Shown: positions 30,483 to 36,047 of the stretch, one piece after another
Numbering within the stretch: position 1 is the first letter of the stretch
Layout of the letters: each line of letters begins with the position of its first letter
Virus record (IMG/VR): IMGVR_UViG_3300017766_001361
Span: 1-43,428 of that record
Length of the DNA: 43,428 nt
Strand: one strand, 5' to 3'
Source: a virus
Lineage: Duplodnaviria; Caudoviricetes
Notes under the pieces: generated by a model
Told to the model about the DNA's origin: nothing
Databases searched by the model: none
The model's input: only the letters and a program-made list of their open reading frames with translations
Made by a program: the position numbers and the translations under genes

Positions 30483-30974
30483 CTATTTGATCAGTAGTGC
30501 GCGCTTGCCTTCGACAAGTTCAATATCAACCTTACCAGCTTTGGCGGCACTCAGAAGCGCGACTTTATCCAGCGATTTTGACTCAGGAATAACCTTGAAA
30601 TATTCGGCAGGCAATTCGCCTTCGTTTATGTCGTTTGGCAGCTTAAGACTGGCTTTTTTCAGCGTTAGGCTAAAAATCCCTAAATCCAGCTTATCGTGAT
30701 GAGTGACTTCCATATTGTGGCGTAGGTATTCTTCTATGCGCTCAATAGCGGCATTCTGTGCGCGCTCTAGCTTGCCTAGGCGCTCTTTCTCGGCCTTAAT
30801 AGCTGATAGTCGCATTTCAAGCTCGCGTTGCATCATGACGCAATTACGAGCCTTATCGTTGAAGTCTGCTTCAATGCTTTCTAGCGTGTCTGCGAATGAC
30901 TGCGCGTCAATTAGTTCATCGTCAAACAAGGATTGCAGGCTTCTGAATTGTTCGCTAATTTCGTAAAGTTTCAT
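30483..30974 (-). CDS. Siphovirus Gp157-family protein
   Basis: MKLYEISEQF...DTLESIE..F.DKA...IKAEKERL...LP.EY...LDK..L; adjacent to ERF. Confidence 0.85.
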   Translation of the reverse strand: MKLYEISEQFRSLQSLFDDELIDAQSFADTLESIEADFNDKARNCVMMQRELEMRLSAIKAEKERLGKLERAQNAAIERIEEYLRHNMEVTHHDKLDLGIFSLTLKKASLKLPNDINEGELPAEYFKVIPESKSLDKVALLSAAKAGKVDIELVEGKRALLIK

Positions 30975-31573
30975 TATTTTTCACCTGCTAGGTTTTTAAG
31001 AATTTTCATTACTTTCGGATAGTCTTTAGCATATATCTGTTCAGCCGATTGATAACCGCCTTGCGCAACGAATTCAGCCTCGTTCATGTTTGTTTTAGCC
31101 AGATACTCGCGCACAGTTGCAACTTGCTCAGAAGTAATTACAGCCTCTTGCAATGGTGCTTGTGCTGCTTTTGCCGGAGTCTTTGAGCCAATGCTTGCGT
31201 TAGCATCATCATCCTCTTGGGCAACGCCTGCAAACGCGGCTAGAGAGTAGCGGCGAAGATAAGTAATAGCAGAGCCAACACCTTGCGCATCTTGCTTAGT
31301 GATTGGGCTAGATGCTGTCTCGCTGATCCACTCGCCGGACTCGTGCATCAAAACGGTTTCAACCATTACCACGCCATCGGCAAAGCTTGGCATTTGCACA
31401 AAGCTCAATCCATTAGCTGAGAATACTGGACGCACAGTGTTTAACACCTCTGCAAGATCAGCGTACTTGCTTTTAAAGTGCGGGTTGATACTTGCTTTGC
31501 TGGCGTTCTCAACTTCGCCCTGTGCCATTGCTAGAGCCTTTGCGAGACTAGCAATTGATTCTGACTTATTCAT
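30974..31573 (-). CDS. erf: ERF-family single-strand annealing protein
   Basis: LAKAL..AQ, NPHFKSKYADL, LMHESGEW, QGVGSAITYLRRYSL, EDDDAN. Confidence 0.92.
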   Translation of the reverse strand: MNKSESIASLAKALAMAQGEVENASKASINPHFKSKYADLAEVLNTVRPVFSANGLSFVQMPSFADGVVMVETVLMHESGEWISETASSPITKQDAQGVGSAITYLRRYSLAAFAGVAQEDDDANASIGSKTPAKAAQAPLQEAVITSEQVATVREYLAKTNMNEAEFVAQGGYQSAEQIYAKDYPKVMKILKNLAGEK

Positions 31574-31707
31574 TAATTAAACCCCTGTGACAATTGCTGC
31601 TCTTTGGCGTATTGGTCGCCGTATCCTTCGTAATACTCATCTGACATTCCGTTTTGCGGGATTTTGTTATTCATGCAATCCAAAACCCCTTGCTGATAAT
31701 CTGTCAT
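31573..31707 (-). CDS. small hypothetical protein (44 aa, absent from ORF track)
   Basis: MTDYQQGVLDCMNNKIPQNGMSDEYYEGYGDQYAKEQQLSQGFN; TAATG coupling to erf, fills the gap exactly. Confidence 0.65.
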   Translation of the reverse strand: MTDYQQGVLDCMNNKIPQNGMSDEYYEGYGDQYAKEQQLSQGFN

Positions 31708-31710
31708 CTC

Positions 31711-32025
31711 TCACCCCACAATAATAGAAGCCAATACATGCGCCTGTGATTTAATTAATTGATTTACACCGCCGCAAAATTCGCCACGGTTGTACGCCGC
31801 CATAAAGTCGTAATCTGTATCTACAAAAGCCGCAAACTCTTCGAAATCATTTGCTAGCCTTTCTGCCAATGTATACACCCGCCCGTTTTCGCGTATCTCT
31901 AGCCCTTGCAAAAGCATCTTCACGTACAGCTTCCATTTGTAGTGCTCTAGATCATAAGCAGCGCGCTCTTGGGCTGATGTTTGTCTATCGTTGTTTATCT
32001 CTGCAATTCTTACTGCGCATTCCAT
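31711..32025 (-). CDS. hypothetical protein
   Basis: GAGGG RBS; first gene of the leftward operon. Confidence 0.65.
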   Translation of the reverse strand: MECAVRIAEINNDRQTSAQERAAYDLEHYKWKLYVKMLLQGLEIRENGRVYTLAERLANDFEEFAAFVDTDYDFMAAYNRGEFCGGVNQLIKSQAHVLASIIVG

Positions 32026-32176
32026 TTTGTATTCCCTCGGTTGGTTTCGACAAATTCAGATTAACACCAAAAACCAAAAAAACAATAGGTAAAATAAAAT
32101 ATATTTTTAATAAAATGATATTGATTTATGTAATCCAATGCGCTAGAGTTCAATCTCAATACAGCGAGGGCGTTAA
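32026..32176. promoter_or_regulatory. AT-rich divergent promoter region
   Basis: Rightward TTGATT-17-TAGAGT (32121-32149); leftward TTGTTT-16-TAATCT with extended TG. Confidence 0.6.
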
Positions 32177-32389
32177 ATGAAATCAAGATGCACTAAAGAG
32201 GAATTGCTAAAACACATTCGAGCACAGATACGGCGCGAATATGAAAGCCAAGTTGAGGCTGCTAATGATATGAATCAGTCTCCACCATATTTAAATATGG
32301 CTTTAAATGGAAAGCTGAAGGAAATACCAGGCTGGCTAATTGAGCGGTTCGGCTACAGAAAAACGGTTGTTTATGAGCGGGTTAAGTAA
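32177..32389 (+). CDS. Cro-like helix-turn-helix protein
   Basis: SQVEAANDMNQSPPYLNMALNGK HTH pattern; first gene of the rightward operon. Confidence 0.7.
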   Translation: MKSRCTKEELLKHIRAQIRREYESQVEAANDMNQSPPYLNMALNGKLKEIPGWLIERFGYRKTVVYERVK

Positions 32390-32468
32390 CGACGCCTTTT
32401 AACTCGGCGTTTAACTAATGAAAATTTAACCGACTTACAAGCCGTCCTTTTTGAACAACTTGTTACAT
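32384..32468 (-). repeat. attC-like site 1 (degenerate left arm)
   Basis: AAGTAAC...CGGC...GCCG..TTGAAC-AACTT-GTTACAT; L-box pairing poor. Confidence 0.65.
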
Positions 32469-32492
32469 TTACTTTTTGCCGATGGGGGCGAT

Positions 32493-32789
32493 ATGAATTT
32501 ATTGAAAGAAACAAAAGAGCTTTTGGAGGAAAAAGGGAAGACCATATTTGACGTTTTATGGATTGGAACCAAAGACGCTGTTTGGGATGTTGATATTCAA
32601 CAGTTATTTAATGTTGATTACGATGATGGATTTGGAGTCCAAGAAATACCCGACGAGCTTATTGTTGTGGGCGAGGATTGGTGGCTAGAGCGCCATGAGT
32701 ACGATGGTTCTGAGTGGTGGGAATTTAATACAATGCCAGTTAAGCCAACCGCTATTAAGCAAGGCGCTAATTTATTGCAGCGCTGGTAG
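32493..32789 (+). CDS. cassette 1: conserved acidic phage protein
   Basis: GGGGG RBS; YDDGFG.QE...LIVVGEDWWLERHEYDGSEWWEF. Confidence 0.75.
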   Translation: MNLLKETKELLEEKGKTIFDVLWIGTKDAVWDVDIQQLFNVDYDDGFGVQEIPDELIVVGEDWWLERHEYDGSEWWEFNTMPVKPTAIKQGANLLQRW

Positions 32790-32792
32790 TGA

Positions 32793-32880
32793 ATGTAACG
32801 CCCATGTACAGCCGCGCCAACGCCGTACTAATTAAAAACCACGGCCTATGCAGCGTCGGTGCTGCTACGCCTTGTTATGA
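32793..32880 (-). repeat. attC-like site 2
   Basis: ATGTAAC-GCCCAT-GTACAGC ... GCTGCTAC-GCCTT-GTTATGA. Confidence 0.9.
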
Positions 32881-32899
32881 CCAATTACCGGAGTGAGAT

Positions 32900-33100
32900 A
32901 TGGATACAAGACAATTTATAGAAACCCTTTGCGAAGACGGTTTTGACAACAATTCCATTATTGATTTTGTAAATACAAAGCAGGCGAGAATTGACGAGCT
33001 TGAATATGCGCTAAGTGTTTGCATGTGTGTACACGATGACGCTGAAAATATGACAGGCGCACAGCGTCACGCATTGGCGATGAAGGTTTTAGACTGCTAG
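32900..33100 (+). CDS. cassette 2: hypothetical protein
   Basis: GGAG RBS; fills the cassette. Confidence 0.7.
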   Translation: MDTRQFIETLCEDGFDNNSIIDFVNTKQARIDELEYALSVCMCVHDDAENMTGAQRHALAMKVLDC

Positions 33101-33184
33101 TCATAACGCCAAGTTCAGCCCGTGGCGGGGAGTAGAGATTAAATGGCCGATTCTAGCACCATCGGCTGCAACTTTTTGTTATGT
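33101..33184 (-). repeat. attC-like site 3
   Basis: TCATAAC-GCCAA-GTTCAGC ... GCTGCAAC-TTTTT-GTTATGT. Confidence 0.92.
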
Positions 33185-33210
33185 GCAACTGTGCTTGCGA
33201 GGATTTAGAA

Positions 33211-33375
33211 ATGTGGTGCTGTTACTTCAAAGATGGAGAGCTGATAGTTTCAAGCTTGCGCGGAACACAGAAAGGAAGCCAAACTGCAGTTGTTAAAAAG
33301 CTAGGCTTTCAAAGCTGGAAGAATGCGAAAGATCACGGGATAAGATGTTACGAGGTTGAAGTAAAAAAGTGTTGA
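33211..33375 (+). CDS. cassette 3: hypothetical protein (54 aa)
   Basis: GAGGA RBS before ATG 33211. Confidence 0.65.
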   Translation: MWCCYFKDGELIVSSLRGTQKGSQTAVVKKLGFQSWKNAKDHGIRCYEVEVKKC

Positions 33376-33383
33376 TGCGACAC

Positions 33384-33470
33384 ACATAACACCCATGTTC
33401 AGCGGCGGCGTTTTACAAATTGAGCAGTGCGTGACTCTAACACCGTCCGTGCTGGAACTCCTTGTTATGA
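33384..33470 (-). repeat. attC-like site 4
   Basis: ACATAAC-ACCCAT-GTTCAGC ... GCTGGAAC-TCCTT-GTTATGA. Confidence 0.9.
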
Positions 33471-33496
33471 CCAATCAATCGAAGCGAGGTAGTGGT

Positions 33497-33664
33497 ATGC
33501 GAGTTTCAGTCAGGCAAGAAAAAGATGGCTGCTGGTATGTGATAGACGAAAAAGGCGTGCGCTATTCTCAGTGTGGCCGATGGTCAACAGCAGAGCTTGC
33601 GCAAGAGGAAGCTAGAAAATTCTTGAACTCACTAGGTTATAAGAACTGTGAGCCACAGTCATAA
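33497..33664 (+). CDS. cassette 4: hypothetical protein (55 aa)
   Basis: GAGGT RBS before ATG 33497; stop codon lies in the TAAC core. Confidence 0.65.
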   Translation: MRVSVRQEKDGCWYVIDEKGVRYSQCGRWSTAELAQEEARKFLNSLGYKNCEPQS

Positions 33665-33746
33665 CGCCCATGTTCAGCGGTGCCCTTGGGGATAGAAATT
33701 AAATACGCAACGCTAGCAGCATCCGCGTTGTAACTGCTTGTTATGT
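33659..33746 (-). repeat. attC-like site 5
   Basis: TCATAAC-GCCCAT-GTTCAGC ... GTTGTAAC-TGCTT-GTTATGT. Confidence 0.9.
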
Positions 33747-33757
33747 GAGGTGACGAA

Positions 33758-34450
33758 GTGGAATTTTGGAAGGATATTACAGGCTTTGAAGGCTTTTATA
33801 AGGTTTCAAATACAGGGAAAGTTTCGTCTTGCGATAGACAAAAAGAACAGCACGGAAGAAAAAGAACGGGCCGCGAATTAAGGCTGGAACAAAACAAAGC
33901 AGGCCAAGAGAGCGTATGCCTAATGGCTTATGGAGAAAAGAAAAAGGTTCTGGTGTCAAGAATTGTGGCGTCTGAATTTATTAGACCTTTGAAAAAAGGT
34001 GAATCTGTATTTCATTTAGATTTAGTAAAATTCAACAATAATGTAGATAATTTAATTATTTTGAAGAGTGGTAAAGATGTTATGGAGCTTGTAAATAAAT
34101 CTCTTTGCGATGGCTTTGAGAAAATAAGCAGGGATCAAATAACTGTTGAGAAAGTTAAGGAGTATTTATTTTATTTAGATGGCGATCTCTATTTTAAAAA
34201 GAGAACCGCATTAACGGTAAAGGTTGGTGAAAAATCAGGTTTTGCGCAAGAGGGGCACTGGAAAATACATTTGTGCGGTGAGACTTATATGAGAAATTGG
34301 CTTATATATTTTTTACACACGGGCGAGCGCAATGATTATGTCTTGCCTAAAAACGGTGATTTTATGGATGGAAGGGTTGAAAATTTATATTCGGTAAGCG
34401 CAAGCGAATATGCGAAAATCACAGACAGGGTGCAAAACATTCACACATAA
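33758..34450 (+). CDS. cassette 5: NUMOD4-domain protein with degenerate HNH-like motifs
   Basis: WKDITGFEGFYKVSNTGKV (NUMOD4); VFHLDLVKFNNNVDNL and PKNGDFMDGRVENL; GAGGTG RBS. Confidence 0.8.
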   Translation: MEFWKDITGFEGFYKVSNTGKVSSCDRQKEQHGRKRTGRELRLEQNKAGQESVCLMAYGEKKKVLVSRIVASEFIRPLKKGESVFHLDLVKFNNNVDNLIILKSGKDVMELVNKSLCDGFEKISRDQITVEKVKEYLFYLDGDLYFKKRTALTVKVGEKSGFAQEGHWKIHLCGETYMRNWLIYFLHTGERNDYVLPKNGDFMDGRVENLYSVSASEYAKITDRVQNIHT

Positions 34451-34578
34451 CGCCCATGTTCAGCGGCAGGATTTAAGGCGAATTTTTATGGAATACTTTG
34501 CGAAGCAAACCATAAAAAGGCGACTTAAAGACTGTCCAACGTAGCGCAGCGGAGTGGTGCTGCAACGACTTGTTACAA
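34445..34578 (-). repeat. attC-like site 6 (long, 134 bp)
   Basis: ACATAAC-GCCCAT-GTTCAGC..TTTAAG..TTTTTATGG/CCATAAAAA..CTTAAA..GCTGCAAC-GACTT-GTTACAA. Confidence 0.9.
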
Positions 34579-34648
34579 ATGTTTTACAGCAAAAAACTTA
34601 GACAAAAACGGCTTTTAATTTTTTAACTTTAATACAAAGAGGTTTTCT

Positions 34649-34807
34649 ATGAATTTAACAGACAGAACTAAGCTCGTCCTTGAACTAATGAAAGTAAAGC
34701 CTTCGCTAACAGCTGAGAAAGCTGCCGAAGAAATTATTTTGATTCAGAAATTGCTTGTGAAGCAGGGGTTCCTTGCACGACTTTTAAGCAAGCTTCATAC
34801 AGCTTAA
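34649..34807 (+). CDS. cassette 6: small ORF a (52 aa, absent from ORF track)
   Basis: AGAGG RBS; MNLTDRTKLVLELMKVKPSLTAEKAAEEIILIQKLLVKQGFLARLLSKLHTA. Confidence 0.55.
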   Translation: MNLTDRTKLVLELMKVKPSLTAEKAAEEIILIQKLLVKQGFLARLLSKLHTA

Positions 34808-34904
34808 GTCTTTCTAAGTTGGTGCCATTGCCATAATCACAGTTACGGTACAGCTTGTAAGCGACTTCTTCTTTTGAGTTAATTTCAAGATTTGCATCTG
34901 ACAT
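34734..34904 (-). CDS. cassette 6: small ORF b (56 aa, absent from ORF track)
   Basis: AAGGAG RBS; MSDANLEINSKEEVAYKLYRNCDYGNGTNLERLKLYEACLKVVQGTPASQAISESK. Confidence 0.6.
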   Translation of the reverse strand: MSDANLEINSKEEVAYKLYRNCDYGNGTNLERLKLYEACLKVVQGTPASQAISESK

Positions 34905-34943
34905 TGGTACTTCTCCTTTGGTGATGTGCTAATTGCACTGACT

Positions 34944-35029
34944 TTGTAACGCTTAGCGCAAATGCGCGCTGGGAGTAAGAGTTAAAAACCGATATTTAAA
35001 CCGCGTCATTTTGACGCTACTTGTTACAT
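34944..35029 (-). repeat. attC-like site 7
   Basis: TTGTAAC..AGCGCAAATG-CGCG ... CGCG-T-CATTTTG-A-CGCT-ACTT-GTTACAT. Confidence 0.85.
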
Positions 35030-35058
35030 TTACTTTTAACTACAAGGCGTTTACTAAA

Positions 35059-35232
35059 ATGGCAGAACAAACAGAAGTAATCATTCGGGCAAACTCAACT
35101 ATAAAATTGAAAACTCCAAGCGGAATGACTAGCACTTGGACTTACGTAAAAGGCACAACGGCAAAGGCTATGCTGGACGATATTGCGCGCTCACTTGGCT
35201 ACGAAGTTGTGCCGAAAGTTAAAAGCCAGTGA
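35059..35232 (+). CDS. cassette 7: hypothetical protein (57 aa)
   Basis: ATG 35059; fills the cassette. Confidence 0.6.
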   Translation: MAEQTEVIIRANSTIKLKTPSGMTSTWTYVKGTTAKAMLDDIARSLGYEVVPKVKSQ

Positions 35233-35396
35233 ATGTAACAGCGGAATCAAAGGGCCACCCATTAAAACTCCGACATTTAGACGACAAGCATCATTGATTT
35301 TATTTGAGTTTTTCAGTGTGTTTGTAGTTTTACGGCCTAGGCCGCAATTCCACAAAATCAGCACCAATACGGTGCTTTGAACTAAATAGGTGCAGA
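35233..35396 (-). other. attI-like terminal element, copy A
   Basis: Single core (GTTACAT on minus strand), no closing attC arm; homologous to 42866-43029. Confidence 0.65.
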
Positions 35397-35636
35397 ATGA
35401 CCGACTTATGCAAACGATTAAGCGAGGCTACTGATTTACGTTTTCGCGTTGACGATGACACTTGCGAGCCTGCTGCTAGCGGTGCGGCTTTATATTACTG
35501 GCTAACTAGCTACAAAGATGGCTATCACCTTGTGGCTAATTCGATATATGACGAAGTGTTTGATGGCCATGTGGGGGGTGAATCTGATTTGATCGCGAAG
35601 ATCAACGAGTTAGAAAACGAATTCCGTCATGTATAG
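35397..35636 (+). CDS. hypothetical protein
   Basis: AGGTG RBS; 79 aa. Confidence 0.6.
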   Translation: MTDLCKRLSEATDLRFRVDDDTCEPAASGAALYYWLTSYKDGYHLVANSIYDEVFDGHVGGESDLIAKINELENEFRHV

Positions 35637-35699
35637 AAAATCGCAAAATCTATACATGAGGCTAATGTCATGTATAAAAATATTAATTTTTTAAACATG
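35628..35699. repeat. two 31-bp palindromic elements CATGT-N21-ACATG
   Basis: 35628-35658 (perfect arms CATGTATAGA/TCTATACATG) and 35669-35699. Confidence 0.8.
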
Positions 35700-35727
35700 T
35701 TGCACTTGGTTTATGTGGTGCTATAAT
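35700..35727 (+). promoter_or_regulatory. sigma70-type promoter of the replication operon
   Basis: TTGCAC-16-TATAAT with extended TGn. Confidence 0.75.
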
Positions 35728-35763
35728 AAAAGCGCGGTAAGTCACCTTTGAGGTTATCCGCAA

Positions 35764-35884
35764 CCAGTGTGAGAGCTGGGGTAAACACAAATTAAATCGG
35801 GTCGTTAAGACTGCTTGAAGATTTACAGTGTATTTGTGCGCTGTTTATCACTCTCACCAAGCAGCCTTAACGGCCTTTTTTATT
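35764..35884 (+). ncRNA. putative structured leader / attenuator RNA
   Basis: 18-bp imperfect stem 35800-35817/35858-35875 plus U tract; loop CTCTCAC complementary to upstream GTGAGAG. Confidence 0.5.
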
Positions 35885-35895
35885 GGATTGAATTT

Positions 35896-36045
35896 ATGAA
35901 ATACCCATGCAAAACCGAAGAACAAAAACAGCGCTGCCAAGAGCTACAAGAAAAGGCAAACAGGCTAGCAAATAATATCAAGTATGCCAAAAACAAAAAG
36001 CTTGCTGTTAGATCATTCTTGCAATGCCTTTACCTGAGTATTTAG
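35896..36045 (+). CDS. small hypothetical protein (49 aa)
   Basis: ATG 35896 after GGA; follows the leader. Confidence 0.55.
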   Translation: MKYPCKTEEQKQRCQELQEKANRLANNIKYAKNKKLAVRSFLQCLYLSI

Positions 36046-36047
36046 CC

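Larger units (their letters stand above)
32384..35396 (-). mobile_element. integron-like cassette array 1 (7 cassettes, attI-like end, no integrase)
   Basis: Seven attC-like hairpins alternate with short genes; reciprocal 8-bp core complementarity in every cassette. Confidence 0.88.

Noticed and set aside
31851-32180. 109-aa plus-strand ORF across the divergent promoter region
   Set aside because: TTG start without RBS, antisense to a better ORF, and runs through the AT-rich promoter region.
32451-35232. ORF-track starts at 32451, 33181, 33395 and 35011
   Set aside because: They begin inside attC-like sites; downstream ATGs (32493, 33211, 33497, 35059), mostly with clear RBS, fit the cassette boundaries better.
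32384-35239. CRISPR array, REP elements or simple terminators as an explanation for the repeats
   Set aside because: Repeats are 84-134 bp, divergent, and separated by whole genes. They lack U tracts and show attC box spacing plus cross-gene core complementarity. No cas or RAYT gene is seen.
35288-35305. IHF site in the attI-like elements
   Set aside because: The minus strand has AATCAA but lacks the TTR part of WATCAANNNNTTR in both copies.
35183-35380. ORFs 35183-35380 (+) and 42863-43135 (-) over the attI-like elements
   Set aside because: The two homologous copies do not preserve a common reading frame or strand, so they are probably non-coding.
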